This document shows positions 39,086 to 51,608 of a stretch of DNA of 64,000 nucleotides, piece after piece. Origin of the DNA: an uncultured Candidatus Rokubacteria bacterium (GTDB lineage: Bacteria > Methylomirabilota > Methylomirabilia > Rokubacteriales > DASRDR01); the NCBI GenBank assembly GCA_963708025.1, contig CAVPSB010000015.1:128001-192000 (forward strand). The letters run 5' to 3'. The notes beneath the pieces are model-generated. The model did no database searches. It saw nothing but the letters and a program-made list of their open reading frames with translations, and was not told the DNA's origin. A program made the position numbers and the translations under genes. Position 1 is the stretch's first letter, and each line of letters starts with the position of its first letter.

Positions 39086-39112
39086 CCGAGGCACGCACAT
39101 GATGGACCGGCG

Positions 39113-39976
39113 GTGACGGCGGAGCGACCGGGCGCCTCCCGGGGCCTGGCCGCGGCGGCGCTGGTGACGCCGGCCAGCCTCGTCGTCACCGTCGGGCTCC
39201 TGGTGCCCATCGCCATCCTCTTCCGCTACAGCCTGAACCGCTTCGTCCCCGGGCGCCTCATGGTCGAGGCGCTGACGGTGGAGAACTACGTCAAGTTCTT
39301 CACCGACCCGTTCTACGTCGCCGTCCTCCTCCGGACCTTCCGGGTGGCCGGCGTCTGCATGGTCCTGTGCCTGGTCTTCGGCTTCCCGCTCGCCTACGTG
39401 CTGGCCCGGACGCGCACGCGGTGGAAGAGCGTCCTGATCATGCTCGTGGTGCTCCCGCTCTTCGTGGGGAACGCCGTCCGCGCGGCCGGCTGGATGGTCA
39501 TGTTCAGCAACAAGGGCCTGCTCAACACGATGCTCGCCTGGCTGGGATTCGGCAGCCAGGCGCCGCTCATGTACACGGAGACCGCGGTGATCGTGGGGAT
39601 CACCGCGGTCAACCTGCCCTTCATGGTGCTGACGCTCCAGAGCGTCATCGAGGGGATCGATCCCTCCGTCGAGGAGGCGGCCCTCACGCTCGGCGCCGGG
39701 CCGCTGCGGGTGTTCGGGCGGGTGATCCTGCCGCTGGCCATGCCGGGGGTGCTGGCCGGCACCATCCTGGTGTTCATCCTCGGCATGAATGCCTACGCCA
39801 CCCCGGTCCTCCTCGGCGGGCCCCGTTTCCAGGTGATGGGGCCAGTCGTCTACGGGCAGTTCGTCGGCCTCAACAACTGGCCATTCGGCGCCGCCCTCTC
39901 CTTCGTCCTCATGACCGCCACCCTCCTCCTGACCGTCGTGTCCAACGTGCTCGTCCAGCGCCGCTACCGCCGCTGA
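39113..39976 (+). CDS. Polyamine-type ABC permease (PotB-like)
   Basis: ENYVKFF, FPLAY, EEAALTLGA, PVLLGG, NWPFGAA. Confidence 0.9.
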   Translation: MTAERPGASRGLAAAALVTPASLVVTVGLLVPIAILFRYSLNRFVPGRLMVEALTVENYVKFFTDPFYVAVLLRTFRVAGVCMVLCLVFGFPLAYVLARTRTRWKSVLIMLVVLPLFVGNAVRAAGWMVMFSNKGLLNTMLAWLGFGSQAPLMYTETAVIVGITAVNLPFMVLTLQSVIEGIDPSVEEAALTLGAGPLRVFGRVILPLAMPGVLAGTILVFILGMNAYATPVLLGGPRFQVMGPVVYGQFVGLNNWPFGAALSFVLMTATLLLTVVSNVLVQRRYRR

Positions 39977-40056
39977 GCAGGGAAGGCCCGCTCGCACGAC
40001 GGCAACGTCGCGTCCCGCGGGGGGAGCGGTGCCGCGCCGAAGGAGGCATCCTCCCT

Positions 40057-40296
40057 GCAACGGAGTCGTTCCAGCCCGGGCAGGCGAGCTCGTTCTTCGG
40101 CTACGGCTACCAGACATGGATTCTCCCCGGCAAGGAGCGGCAGTTCGTGCTGCGGGGCCTGCGGGGGCAAAGCGTGTTCGTGGACCCGAAGTCGAAGCTC
40201 GTGATGGTCCACACCGCGGCGCGCGACGTCGGCGACCTGGGAATCGGGGAGCTGGTGTCACTCTGGTCCGGCGTCGTGAAGGGGCACGCCAAGTGA
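40057..40296 (+). pseudogene. C-terminal fragment of a beta-lactamase-related serine hydrolase
   Basis: GYGYQTW...LRGLRGQSVFVDPKSKLVMVHTA; no N-terminus or SxxK. Confidence 0.7.
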
Positions 40297-40390
40297 GAAG
40301 AGCCGCACCTGACGGCCGATCGGAGCGGGCGCCATGATGCCGGGGGGCCCGAAGCCGACTGCTGGGCGGCGACCCGTACATCGGGCAACG

Positions 40391-41770
40391 CTAGAGCTGG
40401 CCGGTCGGGCCCCAGGCTTCGAGGCGCGCCGGGTAGGCCGGGTCGTCGTAGCGGGCGAGCGTGAACGCCGGAGCGTAGTCGGGTAGGGGGCCGCCGGTCA
40501 CGTGGGCGGCGAGCAGTTCGCCCGCGGCGCAGGCGGCCATGAGGCCGTAGCCGGAGAGCGCCCCGATGACGTAGGCGCCGTCCACCGGCAGCGGCCCGAC
40601 GAGGGGCCGGTTCTCGCGGGTCTTGGTGTAGTAGCCGCCGTCGAGGTAGACCCGCGGCATCCGCTCCAGGTAGGCGCGGAAGCCCGGGATCATCCGCGAC
40701 ATGCCGCGGAGCGCCAGCTCCGGGAAGTAGGGGTCAGCCGGCAGCGGGAACACCGGGGCGGCGGCCTCGGTGTGGTAGGCCCAGATGACCAGGATCGTCC
40801 GGCTGTCCGGGCTGCCGCCCTCCGGGCGCAGGTGGACGCCGGCGGGGAACGGCCCGAGCATCCAGCGGAGCTCGTCGGCCGCGCCGAGCCCGGCCCGCTC
40901 CTCCTCGGTCCAGTCGAGGGTCTGGGGGTCGTCCCAGATCAGGAAGGGTGCGTCCCGCGGCACCACGCCGAGGTGGTCGTCGAAGGCGATCTTGACGTGC
41001 CGCTCGGAGAAGACCGGCAGCTCGACGCCGCCCAGGAGCCGGGCGACGTCCCCGACGAAGGGCCCGGCCGCGTCCACGAAGCGGCGCGTCGCGATCGTGG
41101 CCGCGCCCGCCGCCCCCGCCACCCGCACGCCTTCCACCCGGCCGCGCGCGATGTCGATCCCCTCCACGCGCGCCTCGAGGACCCGGACGCCGTGGCGGCG
41201 GGCCTGCTCCAGGAGGTACATGCCGAGCTGCTGGCCGGAGAGCCAGCCGCAGCGGCGGGCGTGGAGGATGGCGATCGTGTCGGGCGCGACGTACGGGAAG
41301 TGCCGGCGGATCAGCGCCGGATCGAGGAGCAGGTCGGCGCCGGCCGGCTGGCCCCGGTACTCGAACGGCGACGCCGGCGCGTAGGGCTCGGGCCCCGGGT
41401 GGCGCCGGAGCGGGCCGGCCCCCAGGGCGGCCGCCGCCTCCGCCGTCTTCGCGAGCTCGGCGGCGTGGGCAGGGTCGGCGGTGGCGTAGACGTAGCCCCG
41501 GCGGTTCATCCGGAAGACGTTGCCGCTCTCCTCCGCCAGCGCCTCCAGGAGGTCGATGCTGCGGTTCATGAGCCGGAGCATGGCGTCGTCGGGCCCCGGC
41601 CACCAGTTGCGGTACGCCTCGGTCGACTTGTCGCTGGTCAGGGACAGCGGCGGTCGCTCGTCCACCAGCACGACGCGCTCGACCCCCCGCCGCGCCGCCA
41701 GATGGTAGGCGGCCGCGACGCCGGCGATCCCGGCGCCGCAGATCACGACGTCGGCCGCGGGCGCCGTCAT
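40391..41770 (-). CDS. FAD-dependent oxidoreductase (DAO/sarcosine oxidase family)
   Basis: VVICGAGIAG, VDAAGP, YTKTRENRPLVGP, SGYGLM. Confidence 0.9.
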   Translation of the reverse strand: MTAPAADVVICGAGIAGVAAAYHLAARRGVERVVLVDERPPLSLTSDKSTEAYRNWWPGPDDAMLRLMNRSIDLLEALAEESGNVFRMNRRGYVYATADPAHAAELAKTAEAAAALGAGPLRRHPGPEPYAPASPFEYRGQPAGADLLLDPALIRRHFPYVAPDTIAILHARRCGWLSGQQLGMYLLEQARRHGVRVLEARVEGIDIARGRVEGVRVAGAAGAATIATRRFVDAAGPFVGDVARLLGGVELPVFSERHVKIAFDDHLGVVPRDAPFLIWDDPQTLDWTEEERAGLGAADELRWMLGPFPAGVHLRPEGGSPDSRTILVIWAYHTEAAAPVFPLPADPYFPELALRGMSRMIPGFRAYLERMPRVYLDGGYYTKTRENRPLVGPLPVDGAYVIGALSGYGLMAACAAGELLAAHVTGGPLPDYAPAFTLARYDDPAYPARLEAWGPTGQL

Positions 41771-41798
41771 GGCCGGAGGGCTGGCCGGGCGATCCGGG

Positions 41799-42098
41799 TC
41801 AGGGCTCCCGCCGCCCGCGGAGCTCGAGGTAGAGGTTGTAGGTGGCGATCCCGGCCGGGAACAGGTTGGACAGGATCCCGACCGAGTCGTTCTTGCCGAG
41901 GGTGAAGTAGGCCAGCAGGAGCAGGCTACCCACGATGCTCATGTACCAGAAGAGCGGCGGCAGCGTGGGCCGGCCGCGGAGCCGGGAGACATAGAGCTGG
42001 ACCAGCCAGCGTCCGGTGAACAGCGCCACCCCGAGATAGCCGACCAGCTTCCAGGGTGTGAAAACGACGCCGAAGTAGACTCCGATGACCTGGCTCAT
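41799..42098 (-). CDS. Stand-alone lipid-A-disaccharide synthase N-terminal domain (LAB_N) protein
   Basis: WKLVGYLG..LFTGRWLVQ...P.LFWYMSIVGSLLLLAY...YNL. Confidence 0.85.
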   Translation of the reverse strand: MSQVIGVYFGVVFTPWKLVGYLGVALFTGRWLVQLYVSRLRGRPTLPPLFWYMSIVGSLLLLAYFTLGKNDSVGILSNLFPAGIATYNLYLELRGRREP

Positions 42099-42243
42099 GA
42101 CGGCTCCCCCTCCGGCATCCTCTCACGGGAGCGCCGATCCCACGACGGGCTCGCGCGGGGCGATGGAAGAAGAACGGGGGGATCGCGGTATGGCACAGAT
42201 CGCGCGGCTCGACCAAGGAGCCAGCATTGCCTCGGCACGGCCG

Positions 42244-42648
42244 CTAGGGCTTCAACGTGAACTTGCCGTACTCGACGAAGTTCCGGTCGAAGGTGAAGGC
42301 CGTCGGGATCTTGAGCCGCTCCATCAGCGCAAAGCTCGTGCAGTCGGTGAAGCTGAACGCCTTGTCCTCGTAGCGCCGGAAGATCCGCCAGGCCGCCTCG
42401 AAGTCGAGGGGCGTGACTGGCTCGACCCGGAAGAACCGGCTCGCCCGGACGCCTTCCCCGAAATCGATCGAGGCGCGGTGCCCCACCCGCATCCGAATGA
42501 GGGTGTAGACCTCGTCGAGGACGTAGTCGCTGGTGACGAGTCGTTCCCCCCCCGACATCAGTTGGTCACGCGTGTCGAGGGCCTGGGGGTGATGTCGATC
42601 CCGCTCGTTCTCGATGGCGAAGAAGGCCGCAGTGTCTACGAAGACCAC
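42244..42648 (-). CDS. vapC: PIN-domain toxin (VapC)
   Basis: FVDTAAF, TSDYVLDE, SFTDCTSFALM, FTFDRNF. Confidence 0.92.
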   Translation of the reverse strand: MVFVDTAAFFAIENERDRHHPQALDTRDQLMSGGERLVTSDYVLDEVYTLIRMRVGHRASIDFGEGVRASRFFRVEPVTPLDFEAAWRIFRRYEDKAFSFTDCTSFALMERLKIPTAFTFDRNFVEYGKFTLKP

Positions 42649-42893
42649 TCGGCCTCTCCATAGAGATATTTGTCGTGCTTGGCCGAGAGGTCCTTCGGGC
42701 CTTTGAACGAACCCCGGCGCCTATAGAACGCGTCGTCTCGATAGCTCTCTCGAAAGCTGGCCGGCGACGCACGTCGCGCATCGATCAGCGAGCGGATGAA
42801 GGCGCTGACCGTGAGCCCCTCGGCGGCCGCCTCGTGGCGCAGGAACTCGTACTGGTCGGAGGAAAGCTCGAGCGTCAAGCGCTTGGTCGTCAT
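42636..42893 (-). CDS. CopG/RHH-type antitoxin (VapB)
   Basis: MTTKRLTLELS..LRHEA..TVSAFIRSLI..DLSAKHDKYLY; SD AGGAGG; overlaps toxin start. Confidence 0.85.
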   Translation of the reverse strand: MTTKRLTLELSSDQYEFLRHEAAAEGLTVSAFIRSLIDARRASPASFRESYRDDAFYRRRGSFKGPKDLSAKHDKYLYGEAEWSS

Positions 42894-43010
42894 GGCATCC
42901 TCCTGTGCGTACGTACATACTACCACACGCCACCCGGGACGGGAGCGGCTTTCCCCCCACCGGGGTTGTGCTAGGATGCCGCGCGAGAGCCAAGCCTGCT
43001 GGAGGACGAC

Positions 43011-44045
43011 ATGGCCCAGGTCGCCCGCATCGAGGACCGCCCCGACCGCGCGCTGATCGCCGCGCTGGAGGCGGCGCGGCTCCACCCGCTGTGGGACCGC
43101 TACAAGCGGATCACGCCGATCCAGCCGCGGTCGGCCGAGGAGAGCCTCCTCTGGCGCTGGCGCGACATCGAGCCCTTGACCGCCCGGGCCGCCGGCGAGG
43201 TCCCGATCGAGGACGTCGAGCGGCGGGCGATCATCCTGGCCCACCCGGCCTTCGGCGGCCAGACGGTCACCACCAGCAACCTGATCGGCGCGTTCACCGT
43301 GCTGGAGCCGGGTGACCACGCGGTCCCGCATCGCCACACGGCGGCGGCGATCCGGTTCGCGACGCGCGCCGAGGGCGCGGTCACCATCGTCAACGGCCGC
43401 CGCTGCGAGATGCGGGACGGGGACCTCGTCCTCACCCCGCCGATGTGCTGGCATGGCCACGTCAACGCGAGCGACCACCGCACGATCTGGTTCGACTCGG
43501 CCAACATGCCGCTCATCAACACGCTGGACGCGAGCTTCTTCGAGCCGGGCCGCCGCGAGGCGGACGGGTTCTGGAACGTCGACGAGGGCGACGAGCGGCT
43601 GTGGGCGGCGGCCGGGCTGGTGGCGGCCGGGGTGGATCACCGGGCGTCCCACTCGCCCAAGTATCGCTACCCCGGCGAGGCGACGCGCCGGCTGCTGGAG
43701 GCCGCGCCGCCGGGGCCGGACGGCGCCCGCACCGTCCGCTACGTCAACCCGCTCACCGGCGGCGCGGTGATGCCGACCCTCGACTGCTACGCGACGCGCC
43801 TGACTGGGGGCGGGCCGACCCGCCCCCGGCGGGCGACCTACAACGCCGTCTGCCTGGTCGTGGCGGGCGAGGGGCGCTCGACGGTGGGCGAGCAGACCTT
43901 CGAGTGGGCGCGGCACGACGTCTTCACGGTTCCCCACTGGACCTGGGCGAGCCACCAGGGCCTGAGCCCCCACGCCGACCTCTTCGTCGTCACCGACCGC
44001 GCCGTCTACGAGCGCCTGGATCTCCTGCGGGAGGAGCTCCAGTAG
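43011..44045 (+). CDS. Bicupin, gentisate 1,2-dioxygenase family
   Basis: VERRAIILAHP, HRHTAAAIRF, LTPPMCWHGH, DVFTVPHW. Confidence 0.88.
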   Translation: MAQVARIEDRPDRALIAALEAARLHPLWDRYKRITPIQPRSAEESLLWRWRDIEPLTARAAGEVPIEDVERRAIILAHPAFGGQTVTTSNLIGAFTVLEPGDHAVPHRHTAAAIRFATRAEGAVTIVNGRRCEMRDGDLVLTPPMCWHGHVNASDHRTIWFDSANMPLINTLDASFFEPGRREADGFWNVDEGDERLWAAAGLVAAGVDHRASHSPKYRYPGEATRRLLEAAPPGPDGARTVRYVNPLTGGAVMPTLDCYATRLTGGGPTRPRRATYNAVCLVVAGEGRSTVGEQTFEWARHDVFTVPHWTWASHQGLSPHADLFVVTDRAVYERLDLLREELQ

Positions 44046-44074
44046 CGAACCGCGCCCCGGCGGACTCTGCCGTC

Positions 44075-46471
<2,397 letters not shown>

Positions 46472-46486
46472 GAGCATGCGAGGTCG

Positions 46487-46660
46487 GTGAACGTCGAGCG
46501 CGCCGCGGTCCTGCTCGCCACGGTGGGATTGGCCGCCGGGTGTGGCGTTCCTCCTCTGCCGATCGATCCGGGCGCCACGCCGCGGTTCGCCGGCCTGTGC
46601 GGCACGATCGGCATCACCATTCGCGGAGAACCCGGCGCGCTGGAATCGGGTAGACTCTAG
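46487..46660 (+). CDS. Possible small lipoprotein or remnant (57 aa)
   Basis: [19 protein letters not shown] lipobox-like; open to TAG 46660. Confidence 0.3.
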   Translation: MNVERAAVLLATVGLAAGCGVPPLPIDPGATPRFAGLCGTIGITIRGEPGALESGRL

Positions 46661-46663
46661 CTC

Positions 46664-46969
46664 GTGCCCACCGACGCCCCGAAGAGCGCGTACGAGCTGG
46701 CGATGGAGCGCCTTCGGCAGAAGGACCGCGAGGCAGGGGTCGAGGAGCGTCCGCTGACCGACGAGCAGAAGGCGGCGATCGCCGAGGCGCGCCAGATCTA
46801 TCAGGCGAGGGTCGCCGAGCGCGAGATCCTCCACCGGGACGCCCTGCCCAAGGCCCAGAGCCGCCAGGAAGTCGACAAGCTCGAGGGCGAGCTGGCGCGC
46901 GACCGGGATCGCCTGGCCAGCGACCGGGACCGCAAGATCGCCGAGATCAAGCAGCGGTCGGCGAAGTAG
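46664..46969 (+). CDS. Small helical hypothetical protein
   Basis: APKSAYELAMERL..PLTDEQKAAIAE, coiled-coil; TAGACT 7 nt before GTG. Confidence 0.8.
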   Translation: MPTDAPKSAYELAMERLRQKDREAGVEERPLTDEQKAAIAEARQIYQARVAEREILHRDALPKAQSRQEVDKLEGELARDRDRLASDRDRKIAEIKQRSAK

Positions 46970-47104
46970 AACGCGAGGCGCCTCGTGCGCGAGCCGAGAG
47001 TAATCGGAGGCCCCCGTCTCGCCTCCGAAGATGGCTCGATCACGGTCGCCTGGCGAGCCGGGCGGGTCGCCCACGTGAAGCCGGGGCCATGACGCCGTCA
47101 TGAG

Positions 47105-48242
47105 ATGCGGGTCGCGGTAGTCGGGGCGGGGCCGGCCGGGCTGCTCTTCGCGCTGCTCGCCAAGCGACGGCGGCCGGCGTGGCGGGTCGAGGTCGTCGAG
47201 CAGAATCCGCCCGGCGCCACCTACGGGTTCGGCGTCGTGTTCTCGGAGGGCGCGCTCGGCTTCCTCGAGCGCGACGAGCCGGCGCTGCTGCGGGTCCTCA
47301 CCGCCGCGATGCAGGCCTGGCCGATGCAGCGTATCGTGCACCGGGACCAGCGGGTGGACGTTCGACGGCAACGGCTTCTCGGCGATCGGCCGGCTCGAGC
47401 TGCTCCGGGTCATCCAGGGGCTTTGCCGCGAGGCGGGCGTGGCCCTCCAGTTCGACCGAGCGATCGGATCGCTCGACGAGGTCGTGGGCGCGGACCTCGT
47501 CGTCGGCGCCGACGGGGCGAACTCGCTCGTGCGCCGGACGCTGGAAGCGCACTTCCAGCCGAGGGTCGAGCTGCTCACCAACCGGTTCGCCTGGTACGGC
47601 ACCGCCCGGACGTTCGAGTGCCTGACGCTCACGTTCCGGGAGAGCGAGCATGGCGCCTTCGTCGCCCACCATTACCGTCATGCGCCGGCGATGAGCACCT
47701 TCGTCGTGGAGTGCGACGCGGCGACGTGGACGCGGGCAGGGCTCGACCGCATGTCCGATGCCGAGTCGCGCGCCTACTGCGAGCGCGTGTTCGCGCCGGA
47801 CCTCGGCGGGCACCCGCTCGTCTCGAACCGGTCGGTGTGGCGCCGGTTCCCGCTCCTCGCGAGCCGGCGCTGGTCGGTCGAGAACGTCGTGCTGCTCGGC
47901 GATGCGCTGCGCACGGTGCACTTCTCGATCGGCTCCGGGACCCGCCTCGCGCTCGAGGACGCGATCGCCCTCGACCGCGCTTTCGCGGAGAGCGGCGAGG
48001 ACGTGCCCCGCGCGCTGGCGGCATTCGAGCGCGAGCGCCGGCCGGTCGTCGAGAAGCTCCTGGCGGCGGCCACCGCGAGCTCTTACTGGTACGAGACGTT
48101 TCCCGAGCGAATGGGCCGGTTCGACGCGATCCGGCTCGCCCACGACTACATGACGCGAAGCGGCCGCATGACCGACGATCGCCTGCGACAGCTCGCGCCG
48201 CAGTTCATGGCCAGGGTGGACAAGGCACCCGGGAAGGTCTGA
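47105..48242 (+). CDS. FAD-dependent monooxygenase (salicyloyl/anthraniloyl-CoA hydroxylase N-domain-like); frameshift at ~47361
   Basis: VVGAGPAG, TYGFGVVFS, VGADGANS, LLGDALRTVHFSIGSGTRLALEDA, YMTRSGR. Confidence 0.88.
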
Positions 48243-48248
48243 GAGGCC

Positions 48249-49752
48249 ATGGCGCGATCCGGCGCCCGCGCCTCGCGGCGGGAGAACGAGACGGCGACGA
48301 CGCGTCGCCGGCGTCGGACCGCGGGCCAGCCCGATCGCCGATCTGCGTCGCCTGCTCTCGGAGCAGGGGTTCCAGCGGATCGCCGGGGGGCCGGTCGTGC
48401 CGGGGAACCGCCTGCGGATCCTGCGGGACGCCCGGGAGAACTACCCGGCCTGGATGGCGGCGATCGAGTCGGCGCGCCGGACCATCCACCTCGAGATGTA
48501 CATCGTCCACGACGACGGCATCGGGCGCCGCTTCCGCGATCTGCTCGTCGCCCGGGCGCGGGCCGGGGTGACGGTCCGCGTCCTCTACGACTGGTTCGGC
48601 TCGCTGCGGCTGGTCGGCCGCGGGTTCTGGGCGCCGCTGCGGGCGGCGGGCGGCGAGGTCCGGGTGGCGAACCCGCCGAGCCTCGACAGCGTGCTGGGCT
48701 GGGCCAGCCGCGACCATCGGAAGCTCCTCAGCGTCGACGGGTCCGAGGCGTTCATCTCCGGCCTCTGCATCGGCGACGCGTGGATCGGCGACCCCGAGCG
48801 CGGGATCGCGCCCTGGCGCGACACCGGCGTCCAGCTCGCCGGGCCGGCGGTCGCCGACGCCGAGGCGGCCTTCGCCGCCGCCTGGGCCCTCGCCGGCCCT
48901 CCTGTCCCGCCCGCCGAGCTGCCGCGCCGGGAGGCCATCGCGGCGGCGGGGGCCGTCGCGCTCCGGGTGATCGCCTCCGCGCCCGAGACGACGGAGCTGT
49001 ACCGGATGGACCTCCTGGTGGCGGTAGCGGCCCGCGAGCGGCTCTGGCTGACCGACGCCTACTTCATGGCCACCCCGGCCTACCGCCAGGCGCTCCGCTC
49101 GGCGGCGCTCGACGGGGTGGACGTGCGGCTCCTGGTGCCGCACGGCAGTGACATCGAGTGGATCGCCAACGTCTCCCGCACGATGTACCGCTCCCTGCTG
49201 GAGGCGGGCGTGCGCGTCTTCGAGTGGGACGGCCCCATGGTGCACGCGAAGACGGCGGTGGCCGACGGGCGCTGGACCCGCGTCGGCTCCACGAACCTCA
49301 ACGTCGCGAGCTGGCTCGGCAACTGGGAGCTGGACGTGGCCGTCGAGGACGAGGGGATCGCCCGCGAGATGGAGGCGGTCTTCCTCGACGACCTGACGAA
49401 CGCGACCGAGATCGTCATCACGCCGCGGAAGAAGGTGCGGCCCTACGAGCCCGGTCCCCGGGCGCGCTCGGGGCTGGGCTCGAGCTCGCGGGTGCTGAAG
49501 GACGCCGCCCGCATGGGCAGCTTCGTCGGCGCGGCGGTCAAGGGTCACCGGACGCTGGAGCGTGGCGAGTCGTGGCCCCTGGTCACGTTCGCCGCGGCGC
49601 TCCTCGCGCTGGCCCTGGTCGCCGCCCTGCTGCCCCGGCTGATCGCCTACCCGCTAGCGGCGCTCTCGGGCGTGACCGGCGGGCTGCTGCTCCTCAAGGC
49701 GGTGCGGCTGCGCTGGGGCCGCCGGTGGAAGGAGGACGCCGGCCCCGGCTGA
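48249..49752 (+). CDS. clsB: Phospholipase D / cardiolipin synthase B-like; probable frameshift near 48300
   Basis: Two HKD motifs (HRKLLSVD, HAKTAVAD), WRDT, GSTNLN; two C-terminal TM helices. Confidence 0.85.
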
Positions 49753-49872
49753 CCCGCGACCGCCCGGAGACGACGAAGGGCTATGGGCTCCCCTCGTAAC
49801 CCCTCGTCGTCGGCCGCCGGCTCCGGTCCGATGGGCTTCACTCCGGGCGAGCGAGGTTGACGGCGCCCGCTG

Positions 49873-50292
49873 TCAGCGGCCCGGCACGACGCGGAACCGT
49901 CGCCGGCCCCCGATACGGTACGTTTCGAAGTCGGCGTGGTCGATCGTGAAGATGGTGGCCAGGGATTCCCGGTGCGCAAGGTGGACCAGCGTGGCATCGG
50001 CGAAGTCCATGGCGTGGTCCGCATAGCGCTCCATGAGGTGCTTCAGAGCCGGCAGGTCGGAATCGTCGATGGAGAGCACGGCGACAGCACCGGAGCGGAG
50101 GAAGCCCCACGCGGCCTCGATATCTCGGGGCCGGTCGCCGACCAGGTGGAACAACTCGGCCAGGACGGCTGCCGAGGTCGCCAGCGGAAAGCGGAGCGAT
50201 GCGAACGCGTCGCGGCACCGCTCGTGCCACCGGTCATCCCGGTCGAGCAGCGCGAGGATCGCGCCGGTGTCGATCAGACCGCTAGGACGCAC
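49873..50292 (-). CDS. vapC: PIN-domain toxin (VapC)
   Basis: LIDTGAILA, AVLAELFH, MDFADATLV, IFTIDHADF. Confidence 0.9.
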   Translation of the reverse strand: MRPSGLIDTGAILALLDRDDRWHERCRDAFASLRFPLATSAAVLAELFHLVGDRPRDIEAAWGFLRSGAVAVLSIDDSDLPALKHLMERYADHAMDFADATLVHLAHRESLATIFTIDHADFETYRIGGRRRFRVVPGR

Positions 50293-50569
50293 GCCGCTTC
50301 GCGAGCCGCTCGCGGATCTCGCGGCGTGCACTCTCGGCGCGCCGCGGGTTTCCCCCGGCCAGCGAGCCGACGAAGCGCTCCGACGATGCCCGGATGCGCT
50401 GCTGAACCGACTCGGACTCGCCAGCCCCGGCTGCCCGATCTCGGAGCCACTCTCGCGCCATGCGGCCGAGCAGCTCGCCGACGCTGGTCTTCTCCTCGCG
50501 AGCGGCGTCTTCGAGCGCCGCCTTCAGGTCGGCGGCCACGCGCCAGCTGTAGACTTCACTCTTCGCCAT
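50282..50569 (-). CDS. RHH-type antitoxin
   Basis: VYSWRVAADLKAALEDAAREEKTSVGELL; overlaps toxin start. Confidence 0.8.
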   Translation of the reverse strand: MAKSEVYSWRVAADLKAALEDAAREEKTSVGELLGRMAREWLRDRAAGAGESESVQQRIRASSERFVGSLAGGNPRRAESARREIRERLAKRRAS

Positions 50570-50605
50570 GCACGACACTGTAGTGCATGGCTCCCCGGGC
50601 GTCAA
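50567..50605 (-). promoter_or_regulatory. Leaderless sigma70 promoter with overlapping operator
   Basis: TTGACG-17-TACAGT-7-ATG; 7-bp inverted repeat CATGCAC..GTGCATG (50567-50589). Confidence 0.75.
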
Positions 50606-50769
50606 GCTCCGCGCGCAGCTCCCGGCTCCATCGAGTGCTCACCGAGTGCCGTTCCAACTTGTCCCAGCTGCGAGCTGGCCGGCAATCGGGAGCCGGGACC
50701 GCCGGCGGGAGGAGGACGCCGGCTCCGGCTGACCCGCGACCGCCCGGGCGCCCGGTCAGGTGTGGGCGA

Positions 50770-51108
50770 CTACCCCGCTCCGCCGCTGGTCGGCCCGCGA
50801 TAGCCCGCGCCCCCCGCCTTGCGCATCGCCTCGACGACCTGCTCGGGAGTCAGCAGCACGGTCGTCTTCGTGGCGCGCAGGTGTCCGGGCGCCATGGCCG
50901 CGAGCAGGATCGATGTGATGGCGACCTCGTTCGGGGCCTCGACGATGATGAAGCCGTCGTACTCGCCGAAGGAGTAGTAGACTCCGACGAGCCGGCCACC
51001 GAACTGCTGGCAGAGCTTCGACACGACCTCGGTCCGGTTCTCGGGCTTCCGGGTGAAGGCGGTCCAGGCTTCGCTCGTGTAGGCGAACTGCGCCATGTAG
51101 AGAGGCAT
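50770..51108 (-). CDS. GYD domain-containing protein
   Basis: YMAQFAYT..PENR..YYSFGEYD..TKTTVLLT; SD AGGAG. Confidence 0.85.
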   Translation of the reverse strand: MPLYMAQFAYTSEAWTAFTRKPENRTEVVSKLCQQFGGRLVGVYYSFGEYDGFIIVEAPNEVAITSILLAAMAPGHLRATKTTVLLTPEQVVEAMRKAGGAGYRGPTSGGAG

Positions 51109-51237
51109 CGCGGTGTCTCCTGTCGGTCCTGGGTGGCGGAGCGGTCGAGGTGGTGAGGGGACTCTATGCCCGGGGCCAGCAGGCGTCAAGGAGCGAGCCA
51201 GGTCGCCGCCGACTATAATGGGTCGCTGGAGGGACTC

Positions 51238-51552
51238 GTGGCGGACATCCGACAGTTCATCTATATAGTGCGCCCCACGCGCCTGCAGATGCTGACCGAG
51301 GGCCCGACCTCGGAGGAGGGCGCCGTGGTCAAGCGTCATCTCGAGTACCTGGAGCGCCTGGCCGAGGCGGGCGTCGTGCTGCTGGCCGGCCGGACCCAGA
51401 CGGCGGACGAGAAGACATTCGGCCTCGTCGTCTTCCGGGCGGAGTCCGAGGAGGCGGCCCGGCGCATCGTCGACGGCGATCCCGCCGTCGCCCACGGCGT
51501 CATGCGGGCCGAGCTGTACCCCTACCGGGTCGCGGTCCTCGGGAAATTCTGA
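51238..51552 (+). CDS. YciI family protein
   Basis: HLEYL..GVVLLAGRT..DPAV..AELYPY; TATAAT at 51214. Confidence 0.85.
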   Translation: MADIRQFIYIVRPTRLQMLTEGPTSEEGAVVKRHLEYLERLAEAGVVLLAGRTQTADEKTFGLVVFRAESEEAARRIVDGDPAVAHGVMRAELYPYRVAVLGKF

Positions 51553-51608
51553 GACCGCGAATCGGCTGCCGCTGACCCCCTTTCGGGGGACACCACACGG
51601 GAGCCACA

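Larger units (their letters stand above)
49721..50747. mobile_element. ~1 kb toxin-antitoxin islet bounded by 47-bp direct repeats
   Basis: 49721-49767 vs 50701-50747 match at 44/47; the repeat includes the clsB stop codon. Confidence 0.75.
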
